DNA of 37,921 bases, from contig NC_069002.1 in assembly GCF_001194135.2 (NCBI RefSeq), forward strand, positions 2,984,254 to 3,022,174, written 5' to 3'. The DNA is from Octopus bimaculoides. Taxonomy: Eukaryota. The position numbers were made by a program, and so were the translations under genes. Of the stretch, positions 22,521 to 34,974 are shown one piece after another (positions within the stretch are counted from its first letter, which is position 1; every line of letters begins with the position of its first letter). Below the pieces are notes generated by a model that made no database searches, was not told the origin of the DNA, and worked only from the letters and a program-made list of their open reading frames with translations.

Positions 22521-22997
22521 TTATCCTTATTACACGGTTTCACTAACGTCCGTTTAGTCTTTGTTCTTTGGGTGTCGCATTTATATGAAACGGGTGTGTA
22601 TATGCGAAAACATTCTTATCACATGACATGTAGTAGAACCACATATACATAACAATTGCTATTTTAAACGGTTCTTTGAAAAATTTGCATACGAAGAGTT
22701 TTGTAACACACTTCTTTCTCACCACCACCATCACCACAACCACCACCACCATCACCACACATACCGACATATATATGTATGTCTATGTATTATGTATGTC
22801 TATGTATTATGTATGTATGTATTTTCGCGTGCGTTTTGTGATTGTACGTCGAGATGCAAAAGACAGAAATATCGTCTATTAATTCAATAAAACAGTTAAA
22901 AACAACTGTGGATTTGACGACAGGAATTAATATTCTTTATTGTTGTACATATGAAGATAGATAATTGACAGATATAGATACATATACAGACACACAC

Positions 22998-23069
<72 letters not shown>
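22998..23069. repeat. (GATA)n tetranucleotide microsatellite
   Basis: Direct reading. Similar arrays occur at about 28506-28561 and 29076-29154 (AGAC/AGAT). Confidence 0.95.
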
Positions 23070-23184
23070 TTAAATCTATATGTATGTATGTATGTTTTCA
23101 TTTTTATGTATGTATGTTTTCATTTTTATCTGATGTGATAATAATTTCGAAATGTTATTTGACATGCCAAATACGTGGTTTCTG

Positions 23185-23321
23185 ACTGGTACTTTACTTC
23201 ATCGACCTCAAAAAGAGGAAAGGCAAAGTGAACCTTGGGGGAATTGAAACTCAGAACGTAAATATGGACGAAATGCCGCTAAGCATTTTTTCCGGCGTGC
23301 TAACCGTTCTGCCAGCTCGCT
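23185..23321 (-). mobile_element. SINE family C, 5' two-thirds
   Basis: Reverse complement: AGCGAGCTGGCAGAACGGTTAGCACGCCGGAAAAAATGCTTAGCGGCATTTCGTCC...GTTCTGAGTTTCAATTCC...CACTTTGCCTTTCC...GGTCGATGAAGTAAAGTACCAGT. Confidence 0.85.
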
Positions 23322-23829
23322 ACTATTACAATATCCATAATAGTATTTTGTATGCAGTGCTCAGATGCACTGCAATTCGTCGGAAATGGATGAAAGAATG
23401 CGACAATATCTAAGGGAAGACAGTAATGATAGCCAGAAGAGCATGCGTATTGCACAGAATAAAACAGGTAGAAGACAGAGAAGGGAATGAATAGAAGTGC
23501 CATGAAGAGGGCCAGGTACACATACACAACAGTTATGGTGGCAGCAATTTTAGGAATCACGGATCTTTTGAAGGATATATGTTTCAAACAGCTAAGGACC
23601 AACAGAAATAGTTTATTCCATGCTTCGACTGTTCTGATCACAGAAAAAAGATATAGGAATACACATCAACATTAAAAAAGATATGGAGTTATTTTTTACT
23701 GGTTTTTTTTTTTTCGTAGTAAACAGGGGCAATGCGGCAGGTGAATATATTAACAAAAGTATTAGAAGCTTTGCCCGTTAAGTTATATATATATATATAT
23801 ATATAGCATCAGTGATGCGTTCATTTTTA

Positions 23830-24365
23830 TTTGTGAGCAGTGTACGCTATCTCTATGTGTATCCTAACATTGTGCTTCCCTTACGAGCATTGCTTCCATC
23901 ATTAATCGTTTATACTAAGGGAAATTCTGCAGAGTATAGATATGTCGTCCACTAATCTTTACCAATCTAGTTTCCGTTTTGTGTTCTGCGATGTAACTCA
24001 TTGCATTTAGTCTTTGTTGTTAGTCCATTACGAGCCTACGGGTGTGGTTTTTAATTTCATTGTTTTCATTCTGTGTTATTAGTGTTCGTTTATACTTTGG
24101 TGTAATGCATCTTGTGTAATGCATTCTCTTTTATGAGCTTTTTCATAATGTGTTCGTCCATTCTCTCGTATTATACATTTGATTCCTATAATACACTTTA
24201 AGCGTGGTTTGTGTATTTTTAATAGGTATGGTATTTGATGTATCCTTTGTGTTCTGTTGCAGCTTGTAGTCTTCTGTGACTTCGTGTAGTAGATTGTTGG
24301 AACACCCTCTGTTGACTAGTGTTTGTTTTATTCTCTCAATTTGTTTATCTCATGCTTCGTATGGG
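23830..24365 (-). mobile_element. Penelope-like retroelement fragment (RT C-terminus, linker, GIY-YIG endonuclease), pseudogenised
   Basis: Minus-strand frames give QIERIKQTLVNRGCSNNLLHEV, LKVYYRNQM, DEHIMKKLIKENA, GLTTKT..LHR..QNG and YKRLMMEAMLVREAQ, in the order typical of PLE ORFs, with stops and frameshifts. Confidence 0.75.
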
Positions 24366-24937
24366 GAGGAGAAAGTAAAAATGAGAATGTAAAATGCTCT
24401 TCTAAATAAGGCTGTTTAACACTGATATTTTCTATGTGAGTGGACACTCTCTGTCCCCTCCACTTTAAATGCAAATGGATGTCGCTGTCATGTGTCTCTT
24501 ATCTATCCGCATGTTTACGGTTCAAAATAGAATCATTTAATAGCTAGGAATTATATTTATATTGTTCTGGAGTTTGAGTTTTAGATTAGAGTTCTTTTGT
24601 TGTTGTTACATAATTAAATTATCCACAATTTTGCTCTATGTCCATTACGTGACATGCAATAAAAAGACAAAGCGGTTACAAGATATGAGCGTTTGAGATA
24701 CCAAAGACAGAAGAGCGGTATTTAATTTCGACAATGACACCATTGTCTCGTGGATTGTTCTGCTTCATACAACCTTTCTGATTCCACGTTCAAAATGCGT
24801 CTCCTACCTACCGCGAAATTAAATTGAACATTTGTACCAAAAAATAAAGATATGATCTCAGTAATGTCCTAAGCGCATATTATTTGAAAATATTCCCTGG
24901 GTATTATTGGCAAGGAATCCTGAAATAAACTAAATAA

Positions 24938-25092
24938 GTGGCTGTGTGGAAAAAAGCTTGCTTCCAAACAAAATGGTTCCGGGTTCAGTCCTACTACACG
25001 GCACCATGGCCAAGTGACTTCTACTATAGCCTCGGGCCGACTAAAGCTTTGTGAGTGGATTTGGTGGGCGGAAACTGAAAAGAAACCCGTCG
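24938..25092 (+). mobile_element. tRNA-derived SINE, family A (full copy)
   Basis: GTGGCTGTGTGGAAAAAAGCTTGCTTCC...GGTTCCGGGTTCAGTCC...CTACTATAGCCTCGGGCCGACTAAAGC.TTGTGAGTGGATTTGG...GGAAACTGAAAAGAAACCCGTCG, followed by (TA)n. Confidence 0.9.
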
Positions 25093-25098
25093 TGTATA

Positions 25099-25159
<61 letters not shown>

Positions 25160-25254
25160 TTCGTTGTTGTATCTGGTTTGAAAGATTCTTTACGTGAATT
25201 AGTGTGTTGAAACAAATTTTGTTGTATCTAGAGAGAGTCATTGTGTGAGTATAC

Positions 25255-25425
25255 TATTCCAGTCTTTACTTCTGTATTAAGGGCAGATACCACTGGCATC
25301 ATTACTTATGATACAATCTAAATTCTTTCTAGCTCCCTTGTATACCCGATTCTCATCTTTCTGTTCATATCCAGAGAATTGCATGCGGTGCATGAAGTTC
25401 TATATATGTTTCATTGTTTCATTGA
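25255..25425 (-). mobile_element. Fragment of a second Penelope-like lineage (Neptune-like)
   Basis: Minus-strand translation KHI*NFMHRMQFSGYEQKDENRVYKGARKNLDCIISNDASGICP*YRSKDWN resembles the 'RMQ(F/Y)SGY...G.RP.YR.K.W' segment I recall from Neptune-type PLEs. Confidence 0.6.
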
Positions 25426-25753
25426 GTGCCTCCTATGTCTATTATATTACATTTATATATATTGTAAATAATGAGTATATTTATACATACACACACGTGT
25501 ATAAATAGATTATATACGTGTGGGGGAGGGGAGTGGTAGCTTGCGTGTGCATTTAAGTATTTGTAATTGTAGGTATATGTGTATATGCCTATATTTAAAT
25601 TTTGATGCAAGTATATATCTGTAGGCACGTACCTACATATATCTTTGTGGATGTGTATTATGTAACTCGCTTTCTCCCTCTCCCTCTCTTTCTGTCACTC
25701 TCCCTCTACACACACGCACATTTATTCGTAGGTATATATATTGCACATATATA

Positions 25754-25794
<41 letters not shown>

Positions 25795-27080
25795 NNNNNN
25801 NNNNNNNNNNNNNNNNNNNNNNNNNNNNNNNNNNNNNNNNNNNNNNNNNNNNNNNNNNNNNNNNNNNNNNNNNNNNNNNNNNNNNNNNNNNNNNNNNNNN
25901 NNNNNNNNNNNNNNNNNNNNNNNNNNNNNNNNNNNNNNNNNNNNNNNNNNNNNNNNNNNNNNNNNNNNNNNNNNNNNNNNNNNNNNNNNNNNNNNNNNNN
26001 NNNNNNNNNNNNNNNNNNNNNNNNNNNNNNNNNNNNNNNNNNNNNNNNNNNNNNNNNNNNNNNNNNNNNNNNNNNNNNNNNNNNNNNNNNNNNNNNNNNN
26101 NNNNNNNNNNNNNNNNNNNNNNNNNNNNNNNNNNNNNNNNNNNNNNNNNNNNNNNNNNNNNNNNNNNNNNNNNNNNNNNNNNNNNNNNNNNNNNNNNNNN
26201 NNNNNNNNNNNNNNNNNNNNNNNNNNNNNNNNNNNNNNNNNNNNNNNNNNNNNNNNNNNNNNNNNNNNNNNNNNNNNNNNNNNNNNNNNNNNNNNNNNNN
26301 NNNNNNNNNNNNNNNNNNNNNNNNNNNNNNNNNNNNNNNNNNNNNNNNNNNNNNNNNNNNNNNNNNNNNNNNNNNNNNNNNNNNNNNNNNNNNNNNNNNN
26401 NNNNNNNNNNNNNNNNNNNNNNNNNNNNNNNNNNNNNNNNNNNNNNNNNNNNNNNNNNNNNNNNNNNNNNNNNNNNNNNNNNNNNNNNNNNNNNNNNNNN
26501 NNNNNNNNNNNNNNNNNNNNNNNNNNNNNNNNNNNNNNNNNNNNNNNNNNNNNNNNNNNNNNNNNTATATATATATATATGTATGTATGTATATATGTAT
26601 ATATGCGTTTGTTTCCTAAACAGCTTTTTCCTGTTTTTGTTTTTATTTTTTGCAATCTTCATATTGTTGCGCTATACACAAATCCAAGGATATAGATCTA
26701 TGAATGTAGGGTTGTATGTGTATGATTGGTTGAATTGATTATTGTATTAAACCATGGATGGATAGAAAAATGGATGGATGGGCTGGTGGTTGGGTGAATG
26801 CATGTAATCACATCTACACGTATGTATGTGTATACCTATCTACTTATCTATACGCGCGCACATACACACACACACACACAAACACACATATATATGTATG
26901 AATATAAAGATAGATACATTTGTGTATGAATACACATATATCTGCAAAAATACATATATATCATTATATATTGAAATATATAAACCTATACCCACACACT
27001 CGCACACACACACGCACGCACACGCACACATATATTCGTATATATACATACATAGCTGTACAGGTAGCGAGATATATACG

Positions 27081-27112
<32 letters not shown>

Positions 27113-27649
27113 NNNNNNNNNNNNNNNNNNNNNNNNNNNNNNNNNNNNNNNNNNNNNNNNNNNNNNNNNNNNNNNNNNNNNNNNNNNNNNNNNNNNNNNN
27201 NNNNNNNNNNNNNNNNNNNNNNNNNNNNNNNNNNNNNNNNNNNNNNNNNNNNNNNNNNNNNNNNNNNNNNNNNNNNNNNNNNNNNNNNNNNNNNNNNNNN
27301 NNNNNNNNNNNNNNNNNNNNNNNNNNNNNNNNNNNNNNNNNNNNNNNNNNNNNNNNNNNNNNNNNNNNNNNNNNNNNNNNNNNNNNNNNNNNNNNNNNNN
27401 NNNNNNNNNNNNNNNNNNNNNNNNNNNNACCTATCTACTTATCTATACGCGCGCACATACACACACACACATCCAGATTGATGGTATGGAACAGGAAAAT
27501 CCAGGCTACATATGTTTTCTAGCTAGCAGATCATCTGATGTAATAACTACCCAACGAGTGATACTCAGCTAGCTAGTCATCAGGCCGAAGATACCTTATG
27601 AAGACGCCTATATATCACTGTGTTTGATCGCTAAACCCACAAGTTGTTT

Positions 27650-27805
27650 TATTCTCTCTCTGTTTATTTCCTCGTGTTCCTTTATGTTGAAGAGCGTAGG
27701 CTCGAAATGTAAAAGACTTTCTCACTTTCCCGAGCGTCAAACTAATGCAATTGCTTGTTGTTCATGCACCTGTCTTCGTCTTTTGTTTTTCTGTAAACTT
27801 CAACT
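27650..27805 (+). mobile_element. PLE-terminus-like repeat with hammerhead-like core (copy 2)
   Basis: Aligns with 3291-3446 and ends in (TA)n. Confidence 0.75.
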
Positions 27806-27921
27806 ATATATACATATATATATATATATACACTGGAGTAAGCACATAAATGTGAAACAAGATGGAAAAAAGAGTACTCAAATACCAGAAGTAGAGTAAT
27901 GTATGTATGTATGTATGTATG

Positions 27922-27955
<34 letters not shown>

Positions 27956-28080
27956 GATGCATATGTTTTTTGGCGATGGCCCTCAGTCACTTTCCGAGAT
28001 CATCATCGATGAATTTTAGAACCCGTTCAATGGATATCGATCTCCGTACATTTAGAATATTGTTTTTCTCTTTGATACAG

Positions 28081-28152
28081 TTGAAACAATCCCATCAGCA
28101 GCTTCCAATCCCATCCGACTTAGTGCACAAAAGATCTTACGACATTTAGAAA
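28081..28152 (+). CDS. Candidate internal exon (ETIPSAASNPIRLSAQKILRHLE), unknown product
   Basis: Strong acceptor tattgtttttctctttgatacag and donor GAAA|gttagt; 72 nt; only the phase 1-1 frame is open through the exon. This is the best exon candidate in the window, but no homology was recognised. Confidence 0.4.
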
Positions 28153-28502
28153 GTTAGTAATTTCTAAATTACTGTGTAACGCACAAATGGCAATAATGGT
28201 TGCATGGCTTTACATGTCTTGTGTTAGCGTTTTATCTGCCATGAGGGATCTGACAGAAATACAAGCTCTTAAGTGTTTTTAAGAGAGTAATATGCGGATA
28301 GTTAAGTGTCATCAAATAACACTCTCAACGTCTATTTATTAACTGGGAAGCAAGCAAAGTGTGTTATGGGATTAGAGTCGTTCTCATGACACTTATCAAG
28401 ATATGTGCCTTAAACAAATATGTAACTATGATTTTAATTCACTTATATAGCCTCTGACCAACTAGATAATGCATATACACACATACATATATACATAGCT
28501 GC

Positions 28503-28565
<63 letters not shown>

Positions 28566-29073
28566 GTAGGTAGTAGGTAGATAGATAGGTAGATAACAAA
28601 AGGGGAAAATGGAAATATTTTGCTATCCTTTATTCCCCATTACATGTGTTTCATTTGCTAATAGGAATTAAAATGATTTGCATGATATATAAAATCGTAA
28701 GGTATTTACTAGAAATTCTTCAGACAGTGGAACAATTTTTAGTTTTCTTCTGTTTGATAAATTTTTAATTTGAAATTCGTTACATAGCTACATAAGATGT
28801 ATATCTTTACAATTCCTGATAACAAATGAAACACGTGTAATGGAAAATAAATAATACCAAAAATATTTCTGTTTTCCTGTTTTTGTCATTCCCCAAATCT
28901 GTATATAGTATTTCCATAATTCTCAATTTTGATGTGTGCTTCAATTTACATACAACAGTAACCATGGATACATATTGATTATAGTAATGGAATAAGTAGG
29001 TACGCTTCAAGAGGAAACAGCTGAAATTTACCCTAACTACCTGCATATTATATTATATCATATTATATTACAT

Positions 29074-29145
<72 letters not shown>

Positions 29146-29188
29146 TAGATAGATGCATGTATGTATGTCATTATTGTTTTATTTCAAG

Positions 29189-29235
29189 ATTTCTTGCCAA
29201 TAGAGAAAGAGCTGGTTTCTCATCAAGTAGCCTAA
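29189..29235 (+). CDS. Candidate last coding exon ((N)FLPIEKELVSHQVA*)
   Basis: Acceptor cattattgttttatttcaag; phase-1 compatible with 28081-28152; TAA at 29233-29235; donor TTG|gtatga after 29241. Confidence 0.25.
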
Positions 29236-30103
29236 ATATTGGTATGAGTACTTCAAACACAATGTGGACCACCGTTTTTATTGAATGCAGAGAGTTCCGA
29301 GGTCCATATTTTCTTTATTCGGTTAATATTCTATATATGTATGCACATGCATGTATGTCTCTTCTATATTTTAATTATCATAAATCTTCCACTTAGGAGG
29401 GAGCCGGTTTCCAACAAAGATACAAGTCCCAATCTTTGGTATGTGGTTAAGACAGACAAATTCACATTTGGAACTTGAGGAAAGTCTTGCATATTTTTAT
29501 TGTATGTATGCATGTATATATGTATGTACAGATGCAGACAATCTGAGTGTTAGTTACATGGATGAAAACAATGGACGTTTGATATTTTGGAACATTGCTG
29601 TGTATATACACATAATAATAAAAACAAATATTTGAACATGAGCAGATATTTCTTGTAAAACAACTACTAACAGATTAGCAGGGCGAACGCGAAGGTATAA
29701 TGTGCATCCTACTTCGTAGTCTATGGATGCTTGTATGTGTGCTTATTAACAACACACTGTGGTCTTCTTTTTATATCATTTGATATCAAACATATTTCAT
29801 ATTTTTTCATTATTCACTGTTTGGAACACTATAAAAAAAATCCGACTCTCTTGCCGTTTCTTCAAAGATTTTTTTATTATAAAAAAAAAACAATGCGTTA
29901 TATTTTATATGTAAAATATACGTTTAAACGACAAAAATATGAATCGGTGGGTGGCTGGGTATGGGTGTCTGGAGGTGGGAGATGCTAGATATTTGTCTCC
30001 TTTTCTCTATCACGTGTCAGTATCATTGTGTGTTACAACAAGACACACGCACACCTCACTTTTCATCTTCGCTTTATCTGCAAATTTATTCCTTTCAACT
30101 CCT

Positions 30104-30162
<59 letters not shown>

Positions 30163-31131
30163 NNNNNNNNNNNNNNNNNNNNNNNNNNNNNNNNNNNNNN
30201 NNNNNNNNNNNNNNNNNNNNNNNNNNNNNNNNNNNNNNNNNNNNNNNNNNNNNNNNNNNNNNNNNNNNNNNNNNNNNNNNNNNNNNNNNNNNNNNNNNNN
30301 NNNNNNNNNNNNNNNNNNNNNNNNNNNNNNNNNNNNNNNNNNNNNNNNNNNNNNNNNNNNNNNNNNNNNNNNNNNNNNNNNNNNNNNNNNNNNNNNNNNN
30401 NNNNNNNNNNNNNNNNNNNNNNNNNNNNNNNNNNNNNNNNNNNNNNNNNNNNNNNNNNNNNNNNNNNNNNNNNNNNNNNNNNNNNNNNNNNNNNNNNNNN
30501 NNNNNNNNNNNNNNNNNNNNNNNNNNNNNNNNNNNNNNNNNNNNNNNNNNNNNNNNNNNNNNNNNNNNNNNNNNNNNNNNNNNNNNNNNNNNNNNNNNNN
30601 NNNNNNNNNNNNNNNNNNNNNNNNNNNNNNNNNNNNNNNNNNNNNNNNNNNNNNNNNNNNNNNNNNNNNNNNNNNNNNNNNNNNNNNNNNNNNNNNNNNN
30701 NNNNNNNNNNNNNNNNNNNNNNNNNNNNNNNNNNNNNNNNNNNNNNNNNNNNNNNNNNNNNNNNNNNNNNNNNNNNNNNNNNNNNNNNNNNNNNNNNNNN
30801 NNNNNNNNNNNNNNNNNNNNNNNNNNNNNNNNNNNNNNNNNNNNNNNNNNNNNNNNNNNNNNNNNNNNNNNNNNNNNNNNNNNNNNNNNNNNNNNNNNNN
30901 NNNNNNNNNNNNNNNNNNNNNNNNNNNNNNNNNNNNNNNNNNNNNNNNNNNNNNNNNNNNNNNNNNNNNNNNNNNNNNNNNNNNNNNNNNNNNNNNNNNN
31001 NNNNNNNNNNNNNNNNNNNNNNNNNNNNNNNNNNNNNNNNNNNNNNNNNNNNNNNNNNNNNNNNNNNNNNNNNNNNNNNNNNNNNNNNNNNNNNNNNNNN
31101 NNNNNNNNNNNNNNNNNNNNNNNNNNNNNNN

Positions 31132-31210
<79 letters not shown>

Positions 31211-31724
31211 AAAACGCGCAACACATACGCCTATATACACGTATTACATACATCCGCTACCCCAAACACATACATACATATTCGGTAGTGGTACGACTGT
31301 AGCAGCAGAAATATCGGTGATCTACGAAGATATAGAAAAATCTGTGTCATGGGAACCAAATCTATTTCATCCAAGACTCCAAGCACTACTTTGTCGCTCT
31401 ATCTTTACATAAAATCTCGGCAAATTTCGAGCAAACATCATGTACAGACATCGCAAACGTGAATGCTTAATCTCCTTCGATCGTTACCACATGATAACAG
31501 CCGATAGATCTTAGCTGTCACAAACATACACACACGCGCGCGCGGGTAGACACACGTAAACGCACACTCACATACACACATACACACGCACACGCACACG
31601 CCAAGTCCACACGCGTAACCGCATGTACACATCGATATACTCAAAGTCCACGTTTCATATGTGTGTGTATGTGTGTGTGTGTGTCCAATCGTCATTATTA
31701 TTTCTAAATGTTTATATACTTATG

Positions 31725-31755
<31 letters not shown>

Positions 31756-32014
31756 ATATATANNNNNNNNNNNNNNNNNNNNNNNNNNNNNNNNNNNNNN
31801 NNNNNNNNNNNNNNNNNNNNNNNNNNNNNNNNNNNNNNNNNNNNNNNNNNNNNNNNNNNNNNNNNNNNNNNNNNNNNNNNNNNNNNNNNNNNNNNNNNNN
31901 NNNNNNNNNNNNNNNNNNNNNNNNNNNNNNNNNNNNNNNNNNNNNNNNNNNNNNNNNNNNNNNNNNNNNNNNNNNNNNNNNNNNNNNNNNNNNNNNNNNN
32001 NNNNNNNNNNNNNN

Positions 32015-32051
<37 letters not shown>

Positions 32052-32359
32052 CACACGCGCATATTTAAATACACACACACACACACACAGAAAGAGAGAG
32101 GGAGAGAGAGGCTAATGTAACAAAACTGCACTGTGAAAGCTCAGTTTGGTTAACCACTAAAACTCCGGCTTAAACTGAAGCTAAAATTGTGGTGCCTGAG
32201 CGGATGGCTATAGATTAAAATAACAGACGATAGAGTAGCACATCTGGCGTCACTGGAAAAACTTTTGATTTAGAGAGAGAATATAAACCGATAGTGTCTC
32301 TTACAGCTGTTTCGAGAAAAGCCATGCATATGGATTATGATCGTGAATAAAGATTCCAT

Positions 32360-32600
32360 AAGCTTATTATGCTGGTCGCACATTTTGCATTCCGCGATTC
32401 GGATCTATTTCCATGATTTCCTTCTTCAAGTAATTGTCGTTAGGCATTGGCCTGTACTATTAGAACCAGTAAATTAGTTTCTGCTCTTTGTAAGGATCTT
32501 TAAAGCAATTTTTGGCTTAATTTTGACTTACTTTTTCTCTGATGAGCATTGTGAGGTGTTGGCCATAAAGTGGTTCTCCTTCCCAGTTGTTCTTTACAAT
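32360..32600 (-). mobile_element. R4/Dong-like non-LTR retrotransposon C-terminal fragment
   Basis: Minus-strand frames give NNWEGEPLYGQHL, RAETNLLVLIVQANA, PNDNYLKKEIMEIDPN and ECKMCDQHNK. These match the W..KPLHGQ / ETEG...AAQDQAL / TNNY.K.I / CR.C (start of the CCHC knuckle) series. Confidence 0.7.
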
Positions 32601-33539
32601 TCATTGTGATTTTCCTCCTATTCTTCTTCTTCTTCTTCTTAACGCTATTTCGCCCTTACTACATTCTGAGTCGATATCTGCATGTATGTATGTATGTATG
32701 TATGTATGTATGTATGTATGTATACGTGCAGGTTTGTATGTTTTGCTTTATATATATATATTCTCATGCATACAGTTGCATATCTAGACACGTTCATATG
32801 TATGTATGTATTTATCCATGTACGTATATTGTTTAGTAACAAGATAGAAAAATATACTAATAATGTAGAGAAAGAAACAAACAAACAAAGAGAGAGAGGT
32901 GAGAAGAGAGAGAATTCCACGGCAACGTTTGGCCACATTTCTATAATTCCACATCATATATTTCTCATCTTGTTTATCGTTTCTTTCTCAAATCCTTCCA
33001 ACTTTCATTTTGCTTTCCTTCATTCATTCCCTCAATTTCTCAATCTTTTTGCATTCGTTCATTTCATTTATTCATTTATTTATTTATTTCTAAACCCCTG
33101 TGGCGAGCTGGCTCAGATAATATGCAGATGTCAACTAGATGTCAATGATATTAACCAAAACGAGAGCAAAACTGACAGAAATTTTAACATATCCCAACTA
33201 AATATTAGCAAATGACAAAATTCCTTATTAGAAGCTATTTTATTTTATTCTTTTTCTTGTTTTTATGCAATTTATTTTATCAATTTTGTGTGTTTCTTTT
33301 TTACCATTCTCCCGTCTTTGTTACTTTTTTATTTAGTGTTTGTATTATTGTTTATTTATATTTTTGTTAGTATGTTTTTTTAGAATGTTTGTACTTGTGT
33401 GTTTGCTGCTTTCTTTCGTTTTCTATGTTTTTCGTTTTTATATGTATGTTTATTTTTTCTATTTATTTTGTGATTATTTTTCTCATCATTGTTTTGCTAA
33501 TGCTCTCCTTATTCAAAATAATTTACAAATATAATCAAA

Positions 33540-33719
33540 GCAGCAACAAGAACAATGACATGTAACAACAATATCAGCTAAGACCACAACGATAGCACAA
33601 AAACAACCGCCAAGATGAAAGCACCCGAAACGGCAACATCCAGATTTAACCAGCAACAATAACAATTACAACAACAACAGAAAAAAAACAACAACAACAG
33701 CATTAATAACGACGACAAC

Positions 33720-33775
<56 letters not shown>

Positions 33776-33800
33776 TAATAATAATAATAATAATGATTAA
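33540..33800. repeat. Degenerate (AAC)n grading into perfect (AAT)n
   Basis: Direct reading. Confidence 0.9.
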
Positions 33801-34974
33801 ACAGCAACAATAATAATTATAATAATTCATCTGCAAATAAACGCAGTACTAACGAAAATTATGATAAAAGAATTGTATTATGAATTAAAAATTATAATTA
33901 TAAGAAGCTAACATTTTAATTTTTTCATTATATAATTCAACCAATATACATTTTTTAAATCATTGTTGATTATTTTCCTGCATCATTGTTGATTTTTTTC
34001 CAATCACTTTAGTTTACTTTTACAAAGATGAAGAGATAAAAAAAAAACACAGTTCTCTGTTTTAGTGAGAAAGAAATCAGACAACGTTTGTGTGAATATA
34101 TTCTGATTTTGTTTTTAAGTTTACGCTTCTGTTCTCATACATGTTGTGTGTTACTTTAGTCATTATGAAATTAACGAATTCCAGGTGAATGTGATTAGAG
34201 CGTCGGATCACATCTGAGACAAAACAGTATTTTATGCATTATTATCTTTATACTAGTCCTATTTTTCATTATGTAGCTTCACAGCACTACCGATTGCAAC
34301 ACTTGTGAACATTGATTTTCTACCGTGGTCTGTGATGGATCTTCATCTTCTGTTGTACTGGAAATAAGAGGTTGGGGGGAAAAATCCTGTCACATTTTTG
34401 TCCTAATCACTTCGAGGGGTCTTTTTTCAATACTTAAGCAAAATTAGCATTACTCTTTTTTACATTTTAATGTGTTTTATGCTTTCTTTACATTATTCCA
34501 TAGGGGCTAAATTCATATCGACATAATTTTTTTAAAGTGAACTTAACTCAGCCCCATATCCGACATTGCATGTTGCATGGATTGAAAAAGGCTTTTCAGC
34601 ATCGGAAGGGGCACGAAATATCCGTATTTTCTGCGGAAATGAATCTTTAGGTGTGCAGACAAGCCAACAATAGTTTGATCATTTTCGTACAGGTGTAAGA
34701 GATAGTGTTTGGACTACGCATTTCTCTGCGTCACTTTAACCATTCATAAATCACACGACATTATTATTATCTTTTCTTTTCTTTTTTCTTTTTTGTTTTG
34801 TTCGTGATGCGTAACAATTTATCGTCATTGGCAAATCTTTCTATATGAATAACTCCGCCATTTCTTTTCGGAAGTGTATTATCGGCTGTTGGAAGTGATA
34901 CTTTGTGGCAATGCATTGGTAGAACCATTAGAGCATGGGGGGATAAATTACCTTCTGCTACTGTTCAGGCTTCT

